Source: a virus
Lineage: Duplodnaviria; Caudoviricetes
Strand: one strand, 5' to 3'
IMG/VR virus record: IMGVR_UViG_3300049215_000407
Location: 448-64,447 of that record
DNA: 64,000 nt
Shown piece by piece: positions 1-7,514 of the stretch (position 1 is its first letter; each line of letters starts with the position of its first letter). Made by a program: the position numbers and the translations under genes. The notes beneath the pieces were generated by a model. The model did not search any database, had not been told where the DNA came from, and worked only from the letters and a program-made list of their open reading frames with translations.

Positions 1-1
1 C

Positions 2-595
2 GCGGGGTGTGACGACTACAAGAGCACGCTCCGTCAGCTCGCATTCAAGTTCAAAGCCGCGTGCATGACGGATCCCGGCGTCTCGGGTCAGGTGAGCTTC
101 AACATCTCCACGCCGCTCGCGATGACGGCGTTCGGAACGGGCACGGACAAGGCGCTTACGCTCGTCCTCGGACAAAAGAAAACGTACAGCGGTGGCCCTT
201 GCACCGATGACAACGGCGTGTGCCTCGGGAACCTTCCGCAGATCGCGCAAGTGACGCCCGTCGCGCTCGGACCGCTCGTCACGCAGGTGCTCAACCAAAT
301 CGGCGATCAGATCCAGCAACAGCAAGCGCAGCCCAATGCGACGCAGCTTGGTCGCCAAGAGCCGCTCGTCAACGCGCTCGTGGGTGCGGCGACGGGTCTT
401 CTCGTGGCGCTCTCGGCCGCGCTCGCGAAGGCGACGCCCATCGTCAACATCACGCCTACTCCGCCGCCCGCAGCGCCTCCCGCGACAACGCCCGCGAAAG
501 GAATCCCGTGGGGCACGGTCATCGTGGGTGGGCTCATCGGCACGACGATCCTTGCGACGGGCGCGTTCGTTTACACGCACGCGAGGCGAGCATGA
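2..595 (+). CDS. 5'-truncated membrane-anchored virion-like protein
   Basis: Frame open from position 2; Pro-rich linker, then IPW + hydrophobic TM + basic tail (HARRA). Confidence 0.7.
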   Translation, partial: AGCDDYKSTLRQLAFKFKAACMTDPGVSGQVSFNISTPLAMTAFGTGTDKALTLVLGQKKTYSGGPCTDDNGVCLGNLPQIAQVTPVALGPLVTQVLNQIGDQIQQQQAQPNATQLGRQEPLVNALVGAATGLLVALSAALAKATPIVNITPTPPPAAPPATTPAKGIPWGTVIVGGLIGTTILATGAFVYTHARRA

Positions 596-1806
596 TCGCT
601 GCTGGACAAGGCGTCGCTGCGCCGCACGGTGGCGGTGGCGGTGGCGGTCACCATCACGGGGGTGGGGGCGGTGGAGGTCACCATCACGGTGGTGGCGGGG
701 GCCACCACGGCGGCGGTTTTCGCTTTCGCGGACGTGGAGGGCGAGGAGGATGGGGCGGCCGAAACTGGGGCTGGGGTCCCGAGATCGTCGTCGTGCAAAA
801 CGAAGTGCCCTATTGCGTGTGGCGCGAAGTGAGCGCTCTTCCGAGCTACGTGTTCGCCGCGTTCGCTGCAGCGGTTCCCACGACCCTCGCGGACGGTTCG
901 ACGTGGGTGCAAACGCTCTCGGGCGGGGCGTGGTGGGCGAAGCACACATCCAGCGGCGGATCCGTCGTATTCTACGAGTGCGACTTTTCGGGGTCCGGAT
1001 TTGCGGGCCTCCCCTCCAACGGAGAAACGAAAGAGAAAGCCATGACGATGCAAACTCAAGGGTTGGGCGCGGTGAGTGTTGGAGGTGTGAACACGATCCG
1101 AAAGCAAACTCACGTTGCTTCTCCGTCGATGACGCAGGGGCTCGGAGCTGTGTTCGTGGGCGCTCCTCGGGGTCGATCGATCGGCGTGGGGATGCCGGGA
1201 CCGGACTTCGGGAAAGACTCCGAGCTCTCCGCAGGGACGTACGAGATTACGGGGACCGAGGTCGCGCTTTTCTCGGACAACGCCGAACCTCCGAAGAGGG
1301 GCACGCTCATCAACCCGAGCACCCCTGGAGTGATCGCGTTCTTCAACACGGCCTACGGAGACAACGGTGGAAAAATCGCTGGGGCTCCCGATCAGGTCGA
1401 TGTTGCCACGACGGAAGTCAGAAACGGTCGTCGATACGCGCTCGTGAGCGTGAAGTCGGCGGCATTTGCCGGACAAAAGGATCCGTCGCACCCCGACGCA
1501 ACGAACGTTTCCCCTGGTAACACGGGCTTGGTCGCGACCGACTACATCGCTCCGGTCGGGTGGACGGCTTCGCACGGTGGAACCGGCCCCGTTCCGAACA
1601 AAAGCGAACCCCTTCCCGAACCGCCGCCTGACGGCACAACGACGGCCGCGGCAAAATCTTCGAGTGCGATCCCATGGATCGTCGGAGGTCTTGTCCTCGC
1701 GGGGATCATCGTCGGTGGAGCTCTCGTAGGGAAGAAGGGCTATCGTCGCGCGAAAGCGCACGTGCGTCTTCACCGTATGAAGAGCCGAAAGCGCGCGTAC
1801 GCCTAA
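592..1806 (+). CDS. Gly/His/RGG-rich membrane-anchored virion-like protein, possible SH3-like domain
   Basis: ATG overlaps upstream stop; GGGHHH repeats, two TQGLGAV motifs, C-terminal IPW-TM-basic tail. Confidence 0.7.
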   Translation: MIAAGQGVAAPHGGGGGGGHHHGGGGGGGHHHGGGGGHHGGGFRFRGRGGRGGWGGRNWGWGPEIVVVQNEVPYCVWREVSALPSYVFAAFAAAVPTTLADGSTWVQTLSGGAWWAKHTSSGGSVVFYECDFSGSGFAGLPSNGETKEKAMTMQTQGLGAVSVGGVNTIRKQTHVASPSMTQGLGAVFVGAPRGRSIGVGMPGPDFGKDSELSAGTYEITGTEVALFSDNAEPPKRGTLINPSTPGVIAFFNTAYGDNGGKIAGAPDQVDVATTEVRNGRRYALVSVKSAAFAGQKDPSHPDATNVSPGNTGLVATDYIAPVGWTASHGGTGPVPNKSEPLPEPPPDGTTTAAAKSSSAIPWIVGGLVLAGIIVGGALVGKKGYRRAKAHVRLHRMKSRKRAYA

Positions 1807-2060
1807 CCCGGCGCGCCGAGCTCGTCGAGCACGCCGCGCTTCTCTAGCTCCTCACGCGCCTGCACATGCGCATGAAGCGCGTCGTAGGCGTCGACGACGC
1901 CGCTGATCTGGTTCACGTGCGCGATGAAACGTGCGAGCTGCGCGTGTACGGCGCACCCGCGGAAAGCTTTTTCTCCGCACACACGAATCACTCGTGACCC
2001 AATGCGCGCGGTGGCGATCACCTGTCCGCCCGCTTGTGTGTGCGTCTCGACCCTGGTCAT
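1803..2060 (-). CDS. hypothetical protein
   Basis: 85-aa ORF, convergent with upstream gene, protein-like composition. Confidence 0.5.
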   Translation of the reverse strand: MTRVETHTQAGGQVIATARIGSRVIRVCGEKAFRGCAVHAQLARFIAHVNQISGVVDAYDALHAHVQAREELEKRGVLDELGAPG

Positions 2061-2117
2061 GGATCGAGCATTGTCTCACGACGCAGCGAGCACGCGCCAG
2101 AGCCCTAGAATTCAGCT

Positions 2118-2150
2118 CGCTTCAGTTGTCGCTTGAGTTACCGCTTCACT
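2118..2150. promoter_or_regulatory. three 12-bp-period direct repeats (A[CG]T[CG]AAGCG on minus strand), putative operator in divergent intergenic region
   Basis: CGCTTCAGT/CGCTTGAGT/CGCTTCACT at 2118, 2130, 2142; same motif recurs at 20528, 37904, 50220, 58355. Confidence 0.65.
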
Positions 2151-2167
2151 TGCGATAAAGCTCGGAC

Positions 2168-2386
2168 GTGGCCAAGGGCACGTGTTGGCAATGCGGAAAG
2201 TCGGACTGCAAACACGTCGGCTTCGCGCGGCTGTCTCCCGAAGAACGCAAAGAGCGCGGCTCGCGCGGTGGAGAAGTCGCGCAATCCAAGTACGGCACGC
2301 GCGGCTCGAAGAAACGCCCCCACCGTTTCACCTCGAAGACAGCCCGAGAGGCGCGTCGTCTTCGCGAAGAACAAAAGGAGAGCTGA
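2168..2386 (+). CDS. KGG/general-stress-like small protein with N-terminal CxxC-CxH
   Basis: GFARLSPEERKERGSRGG...HRFTSKTAREA resembles the KGG stress-protein repeat. Confidence 0.6.
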   Translation: MAKGTCWQCGKSDCKHVGFARLSPEERKERGSRGGEVAQSKYGTRGSKKRPHRFTSKTAREARRLREEQKES

Positions 2387-2475
2387 TGGATCTCCTTTTT
2401 ACGGGCGCGGCGGCATTCGTCGCGGGAGCACTTGTCACGTGGGGGATTTTTCTGCTTCTTGGAGACCCGAATTGA
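2386..2475 (+). CDS. small single-TM protein
   Basis: 29-aa hydrophobic ORF translationally coupled on both sides, AGGAG SD. Confidence 0.45.
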   Translation: MDLLFTGAAAFVAGALVTWGIFLLLGDPN

Positions 2476-3332
2476 TGATGCCGACGCCCGCTCCCGAGCC
2501 TACCGACGCAACGACGGCCGACATTGCGCCCGCGCCCAAAACCGTGGTGAAAGTCCCGTTCATTCCACGGAGCAATCGGCTTCTGATCGTCCCCGACCCG
2601 CTCGCGAAGTCGATCGGCAGGATCGCTCTTCCCGACAGAGAGAACCCGCTCGACGGTGGACGGCACTGGTCGGGGCTCACGTGTCGCACGGCGAAAGTGA
2701 TCTCCGTGGGTCCGGGCTTGCACCTCTCGAACCCGCGATGGATCGGCTACCGCGACGCGGAAGGCAACGCACGTTGGCCGATGCACGGAATCAAGCCCGG
2801 AATGCGTATCCTCTACCGCGCGTGGGCCGGTAACGATGTCGTGATCGAGGGCGAAAAATACCAGACCATCAGCGTGAACCTCGTCGACGCGATCGTCCCG
2901 GACGGCGGTGGGCTCGATCTCATCGAAGATCGCTTGCTCGTACGCCGGCGAAAGAGCCTCGAACAAACACGCGGCGGGATCTGGATCCCGGAGATCGCGC
3001 AAAAGTCTTCGCTTGAAGGCGAAGTGCTCCAAACCGGCCCTGGGAAAATCTTCTCGAACGGAATCACGATGCCTTTCGACGCGAAGCCCGGCGATGACGT
3101 CGCGTGGCGACCGATGAAGGGCATCGACGTGTCAGAGTACGTGCCCGAGCTCGCGAAGCGGCTCGTGGGTGTGTTCGGTCCTCTTCGTGTGAACGGAGAA
3201 AAGGTCAACGAAGGCGGGCCTATCTACGAGGGAACCGACGAGATCGTGCTCCTCTTCGAGACCGATCTCATCGGCGTGATCGAAGGTGAAGGGCACTTCG
3301 AGCCCGTCGTCAGCCTGCAGAAAGAGCAGTGA
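2475..3332 (+). CDS. groES: tandem two-domain GroES/Cpn10-like co-chaperonin
   Basis: Two Cpn10 signatures: PRSNRLLIV..GRIALPD..KVISVGPG..KPGMRILY and DRLLVRR..TRGGIWIP..GEVLQTGPG..KPGDDV..ETDLIGVI. Confidence 0.8.
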   Translation: MMPTPAPEPTDATTADIAPAPKTVVKVPFIPRSNRLLIVPDPLAKSIGRIALPDRENPLDGGRHWSGLTCRTAKVISVGPGLHLSNPRWIGYRDAEGNARWPMHGIKPGMRILYRAWAGNDVVIEGEKYQTISVNLVDAIVPDGGGLDLIEDRLLVRRRKSLEQTRGGIWIPEIAQKSSLEGEVLQTGPGKIFSNGITMPFDAKPGDDVAWRPMKGIDVSEYVPELAKRLVGVFGPLRVNGEKVNEGGPIYEGTDEIVLLFETDLIGVIEGEGHFEPVVSLQKEQ

Positions 3333-3535
3333 TGAAGACGAAACGCGTAGGCTCGGAAGCAGAGAAGCTCGGCAAGTTCGTGAACGGGCTTCGCGAATAC
3401 CTGGGGCTCGATCCGCTTCATCGCCCTGGTCAAAAAGAAAAACCACGCGTAGTCGACGTCATGCGTTTCGGAGCAACGCGTCCGGATCCATGGCACTCTT
3501 CGCGGACACCGATACGAGGCAGCGGCAACGGATAG
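3329..3535 (+). CDS. hypothetical protein
   Basis: Coupled ORF in operon. Confidence 0.5.
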   Translation: MMKTKRVGSEAEKLGKFVNGLREYLGLDPLHRPGQKEKPRVVDVMRFGATRPDPWHSSRTPIRGSGNG

Positions 3536-3545
3536 GAGAACGACG

Positions 3546-3743
3546 ATGGGATTTCCCAAGGACTACGACGACTCGAAGTACGCCGGCCGAAGGCAAAAAG
3601 AGACGTGCCAAGGCAAAGATCTGAAGGGCAAACCGTGCTTGAACAAGGCCGTGAAGGGCCGATCTCTTTGCGGGCACTGCATCGATCGTGCAGCGGCCGA
3701 AGAGCAAAAGACGCGTGAAGCGCATCAGGCCGAGAAGAAGTAA
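3546..3743 (+). CDS. small Cys-rich (Zn-binding-like) protein
   Basis: CQGKDLKGKPCLNKAVKGRSLCGHC; AGGAG SD. Confidence 0.6.
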   Translation: MGFPKDYDDSKYAGRRQKETCQGKDLKGKPCLNKAVKGRSLCGHCIDRAAAEEQKTREAHQAEKK

Positions 3744-3746
3744 GCC

Positions 3747-4226
3747 GTGGAGCGTCACCGACAACGCATGCACCCGATCGTGGAGGGTGCGGCCGAAGCG
3801 CTCAAGCAAATCGGAGGCAAAGCCGTTCGTCGCGCGCTCGACAGCGTGATGGAGGACGGTCAACGTGCGGCCGAAGAGATTCAGCGCGACATCATGAATG
3901 CGCGCTCGCGCGTCGGTGGTGACACCATCGATGTGCCGTTTGAGGTAAGAGAAGTGACACCAGAGGAGGAAGACATGGAACGAGCACGAAGACGAGAACG
4001 AGGGGCGCGCGAAGACAAAGATCCGGAAGATCCGCCGCCGAGCGGCGACGTCGCGGAGATCGCCGAGCTCACGGACATGCGTGATGCGGAGACCTTTCTT
4101 CGCCACGGCTGGATGCTTCTCGCCGAGCTTGCCGACCGCGGCTCGTATCCGAAGGAGAACGCCGACGAGCTCGAAGAGCTGCTTGGCGATCTTCGCGATC
4201 GCGTCGAGGACAAAGAAGGCGTCTAA
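3747..4226 (+). CDS. acidic hypothetical protein
   Basis: 159-aa ORF, typical codon usage. Confidence 0.55.
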   Translation: MERHRQRMHPIVEGAAEALKQIGGKAVRRALDSVMEDGQRAAEEIQRDIMNARSRVGGDTIDVPFEVREVTPEEEDMERARRRERGAREDKDPEDPPPSGDVAEIAELTDMRDAETFLRHGWMLLAELADRGSYPKENADELEELLGDLRDRVEDKEGV

Positions 4227-4231
4227 CAACT

Positions 4232-4355
4232 TCGCGCGCCGGGAGGCGTGTACGGTGGCGGACATGGTGCGTGGAGAGATTCCACGACGGGCGCGCTGTT
4301 GATGCCCGATGAAACATCCGACACCGTGCACCGCCTTTCGACGCGCGATCTTTTT
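4232..4355 (+). ncRNA. candidate structured RNA (long stem capped by two hairpins)
   Basis: 4232-4262 pairs with 4317-4348 (~30 bp, G-T wobbles); inner hairpins CGTGGA/TCCACG and CGGGCG/TGCCCG; T-run follows. Confidence 0.55.
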
Positions 4356-4372
4356 CCGGGAGGAACGACCCG

Positions 4373-4534
4373 ATGGCAAAGAGAACGAAGGATCTCGTCG
4401 ACGAGATCGAAAAAGCGGCCGACGATCTTGCTGACGAGCTTTGCAATAACCCGCAACCGACGCCGCGGTTTCGACGACTGACACGCACTCTCAAGAAGCT
4501 CGTGATCGAGCTCGCGGTGAGGTTCGACGGATGA
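4373..4534 (+). CDS. hypothetical protein (MAKRTKDLVDEIEK...)
   Basis: GGAGG SD, 53 aa, coupled to next ORF. Confidence 0.55.
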   Translation: MAKRTKDLVDEIEKAADDLADELCNNPQPTPRFRRLTRTLKKLVIELAVRFDG

Positions 4535-4683
4535 TGTTCGCACTCGGATTCCTCGTCGGATTTGTGCTCACGCTCGTGTGGCACTGGTACACGCTCGCGC
4601 ATTGGAGCGCGAGAATCCGAGAAGCGTGCGGCGGCAAAATTCCCGGATACGACGATGACGACGACGAAAGGAACGAACGATGA
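4531..4683 (+). CDS. small membrane protein
   Basis: N-terminal hydrophobic stretch; ATGA overlaps. Confidence 0.45.
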   Translation: MMFALGFLVGFVLTLVWHWYTLAHWSARIREACGGKIPGYDDDDDERNER

Positions 4684-4880
4684 TGCATACATTCATGGTC
4701 GCGTGCACCGTGTGGGTCGTCTTCTACGTGATCGCGGGGATCATGACGGCGATCTACTTCTACAAACCCGGACGCGGTTTCACCGGGCTCTTCTTTGTTG
4801 GGCTCGGGTGGTGGGTGGTGTGGTTCTGCGTCATCGGCGGAAGCATCAGTGTGGGGACACGAAATGAGCAAGCAATGTAG
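4680..4880 (+). CDS. small two-TM membrane protein
   Basis: Two hydrophobic segments. Confidence 0.55.
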   Translation: MMHTFMVACTVWVVFYVIAGIMTAIYFYKPGRGFTGLFFVGLGWWVVWFCVIGGSISVGTRNEQAM

Positions 4881-5055
4881 CTGGGGCGAATGCAAAGAGA
4901 CCGCGACGCAAGTCGCACGGTGGAGCAACGAAACGCCAAAGAAGAAGAACGAGGTCGCGCAGCCGGCGAAGCCTACGATCGCGAGCTACTGCGACATGTG
5001 CATCCACGAAGCCACGAAGCACGGCGCGGTCCTCGTTGGGCCGTACACGCCGTGA
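4864..5055 (+). CDS. small Zn-finger-like protein
   Basis: CSWGEC...YCDMC. Confidence 0.5.
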   Translation: MSKQCSWGECKETATQVARWSNETPKKKNEVAQPAKPTIASYCDMCIHEATKHGAVLVGPYTP

Positions 5056-5438
5056 AGAAGCACGATCCCAAATACGACGCGTACATCGAACACGCGATGA
5101 AGATCGGGGAAGCCACCAACTGGTCTACGTGGGAGGGCGATCGCATCGAGCACCGTGTCGAGTATCACGATCGAGATCGATTCGTGCGTGCGCTCGAACA
5201 TCAGGTTGAAATCTTCGAGCACGAAGACGAGTGCGTCAGCGCTGGCAAGTGCCCTGGATGCGGCGGAGCACTCTCGAAGACAATCGACGAGCGCCAGGTC
5301 GGCCCCGTGGAGCTCGATCTCGTTGCCGGCACGTGGATCAATTACCGGTGTGCGAGTGATCCGCCGATCGGCGAAGTGGGTCCTCGTACGTGTCCGTGGC
5401 GCGGTGTCGACCGCAAAGAGCCGATCGGCGTCAACTAG
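5052..5438 (+). CDS. hypothetical Cys-containing protein
   Basis: Coupled GTG start; CPGC motif. Confidence 0.5.
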   Translation: MKKHDPKYDAYIEHAMKIGEATNWSTWEGDRIEHRVEYHDRDRFVRALEHQVEIFEHEDECVSAGKCPGCGGALSKTIDERQVGPVELDLVAGTWINYRCASDPPIGEVGPRTCPWRGVDRKEPIGVN

Positions 5439-6310
5439 CTCGCGCGCGCGACCGAGCGCCAGGCGATGCGGCGGATCGAGAGCGGCTTGCCGGCTTCGAG
5501 ACCGCACGCACCCTCTTTGCAGAACGCTCCGATCGCGTCTGCGCCTTGCTCGTGCACGTGCCCACGAGCGCATGCGGCGACGGGCTCGGTCGGCCGTGGA
5601 GAGTCGATGCTCGTGCCCTTCACCATGCGGCCGATCTGATTCAAGTCGAAGATCTTCCCGCGGCGGTTGAAGCGGCCGGCCTCAGCGAGCGCTCGCATGA
5701 TCTTGCGGTAGGACAGGCCCGTCTTCGCGAGCTCGCGGGCTCTGCGCATCGTTTCGAGCTCCTCGGGGTTGGGCTCCAGGTGCTTGCCGTCGCTCGCGAG
5801 CTGCATGCCGTACGGTGGGACGCCTCCGGTGCACTCTCCGCGCGACGCCTTGAGCGCCAGCGTGTCCTTGATGCGTTTTCGGATGATGGCCTTCTCGAAC
5901 TGCGCGACACCATCGAGCATTGTCCGCATGAGCATGTCTGCAGGACCCTCGCCGTTGCCGATTCCGTCGACGCTGAAAAGCTGCGCTCCTTCACGGGCAA
6001 CAGCACGCTCCACGGTCGCAGCGACTACTACATCTCGCGCCAGGCGATCGCGCTTCGCCACGAGCAGAAGACCAGCCTTGTGCACGCGCAAACCCGCGAT
6101 TGCACGTTGAAGGCCGGCACGCTTCTCCAGGGGCGTGCCGCCAGAGACGTCGGGATCTGCTTCAAAAAGCACGATGCGGACCCCATGCTCCGCGGCCCAA
6201 CGCTCGATCGCATCGCGCTGGGTCTCCATCCCGAGCTCTTGTTTGTCGGTCGACGCACGGAGGTACGCTATTGCCACGTGCGGATCGCCGCGTTTCGCCT
6301 GTCTCGCCAC
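5435..6310 (-). CDS. serine recombinase (resolvase/short large-serine-recombinase type)
   Basis: AYLRAST catalytic Ser motif, VSG, KRDRLARD, PPYG recombinase-domain start. Confidence 0.9.
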   Translation of the reverse strand: MARQAKRGDPHVAIAYLRASTDKQELGMETQRDAIERWAAEHGVRIVLFEADPDVSGGTPLEKRAGLQRAIAGLRVHKAGLLLVAKRDRLARDVVVAATVERAVAREGAQLFSVDGIGNGEGPADMLMRTMLDGVAQFEKAIIRKRIKDTLALKASRGECTGGVPPYGMQLASDGKHLEPNPEELETMRRARELAKTGLSYRKIMRALAEAGRFNRRGKIFDLNQIGRMVKGTSIDSPRPTEPVAACARGHVHEQGADAIGAFCKEGACGLEAGKPLSIRRIAWRSVARAS

Positions 6311-6314
6311 TGTT

Positions 6315-6378
6315 CAGTAGTATTACTGTAGGGTATCCACCTGGACAAGATAGTGTAACTCATTGATATCATTGAGTT
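6315..6378. promoter_or_regulatory. AT-rich palindromes upstream of recombinase (res/att-like or operator)
   Basis: CAGTAgtatTACTG (6315-6328) and AACTCATTGATATCATTGAGTT (6357-6378). Confidence 0.45.
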
Positions 6379-6581
6379 TTTCGCTGACCGTCAAGATTGG
6401 TGTTGGCACGGTCTTTGTCTAGATTTCCCGTGAAAAACCAGAATCCCAGGACCGGCAAAGCAGAAAACATGCAGCGCCCGCGCAGCGCCCGCGGTCCGAC
6501 TACAGGCCGAAGCTCCAGCGCTGCTATTTCGCCGCGGTCGAGCGCTCAAGATCCGCGGCGAAAACTAGACGCGATCGAGAA

Positions 6582-6893
6582 TCAGCTTTCTCGCTTATAG
6601 ATGTCTTGACCGCAAACAAGACGTCGCCCGCCGTCGTTGTCGTGTTGCTTGACGCCGAGAATGAGCTTCGGCGGTTCGATCCAGAACGGGAACCCCGTCG
6701 TGTCACTCCACCGCGGTCTCGCGTTCGGTCTCACGCGCGCAAGCTGCCACGCGTACGCGCGATCGCGCTCCTCGCGAGCTTCCCACACGTAGATCCATGC
6801 GTCCGGTCTCGTGTACGCGAACGGTCCGATCATTCCTCGCGCGCGTCCGGCCCGTTCGCTTTCCCGTTCGCGTTTCGCTCGTTTCGTTTTCAT
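6582..6893 (-). CDS. hypothetical protein
   Basis: Trp-rich ORF; start uncertain. Confidence 0.35.
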   Translation of the reverse strand: MKTKRAKRERESERAGRARGMIGPFAYTRPDAWIYVWEAREERDRAYAWQLARVRPNARPRWSDTTGFPFWIEPPKLILGVKQHDNDGGRRLVCGQDIYKRES

Positions 6894-6943
6894 GTGATCG
6901 CCACGCGCAAAGGTGCGCGTTTCTGACAGCCAAAAAAAGTGAT

Positions 6944-6963
6944 GCGAGAATTGACTTTCTCGC
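6944..6963 (+). repeat. intergenic hairpin repeat copy 1
   Basis: GCGAGAA-TTGACT-TTCTCGC. Confidence 0.8.
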
Positions 6964-7001
6964 TTGCTGGTCCGTCTACCCTTTTGAACCCAAGGAACCC
7001 C

Positions 7002-7460
7002 ATGCAAAACGTCACCTGTAATCACCACTCTTCCGAACGCGAGACAATCGGTCTCCCGTTCCCCGTCCTCGGAACCCCGTGCTCGTGTGCCGATACCTAC
7101 CGGGCGATCGTTGCGGGCGAGGACATCCCAGGCTTGCGCGCTTTTTGCGCGATCGTTCGTGAGAGTGCGCGCCATCCCGAGAAGCTCACCTCATTCGCGA
7201 GCGATCTGATCACGTGGGACCGGCGCGAATTGACCGGGCATACCGGCCCGTTCCTCTGGGTGCTCCGTGAATCCGGGACCGTGCTCCTCATCCCGAAAAA
7301 ACACGGGGAAAAGGGTTTCGAGAATCGCCTGACAGTGCGAGGAATCACGCGCGCGTTCTCCTCCGATCTTCTCTGGTTTTGGTGGGACGGGCGATTCCTG
7401 CGCAGCGTCACCCTTGAACAAGCGGAAACCCTTGTCCGAGAAGAAGAATACGGATCCTGA
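7002..7460 (+). CDS. hypothetical protein
   Basis: AAGGA SD, 152 aa. Confidence 0.6.
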   Translation: MQNVTCNHHSSERETIGLPFPVLGTPCSCADTYRAIVAGEDIPGLRAFCAIVRESARHPEKLTSFASDLITWDRRELTGHTGPFLWVLRESGTVLLIPKKHGEKGFENRLTVRGITRAFSSDLLWFWWDGRFLRSVTLEQAETLVREEEYGS

Positions 7461-7464
7461 AAAA

Positions 7465-7486
7465 AGCGGGAATCAACTTTCCCGCT
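7465..7486 (+). repeat. intergenic hairpin repeat copy 2
   Basis: AGCGGGAA-TCAACT-TTCCCGCT. Confidence 0.7.
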
Positions 7487-7514
7487 CGAACGTCTTACAC
7501 ACTGAGGAACGACA

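Noticed and set aside
220-591. N-terminal extension of the 528-aa ORF (and similar extensions at 2133, 22822, 41389, 42743)
   Set aside because: They overlap real upstream genes in another frame; coupled downstream starts are better supported
4290-4316. Hammerhead ribozyme core (CTGTTGA...GAAAC)
   Set aside because: CUGANGA is mismatched and there is no room for stem II
5435-6310. IS607-family transposase
   Set aside because: Catalytic domain is N-terminal with no preceding HTH, and no tnpB is adjacent
6404-6418. sigma54 promoter TGGCACG-N4-TTGT
   Set aside because: The -12 element is TTGT rather than TTGC, and no convincing downstream gene
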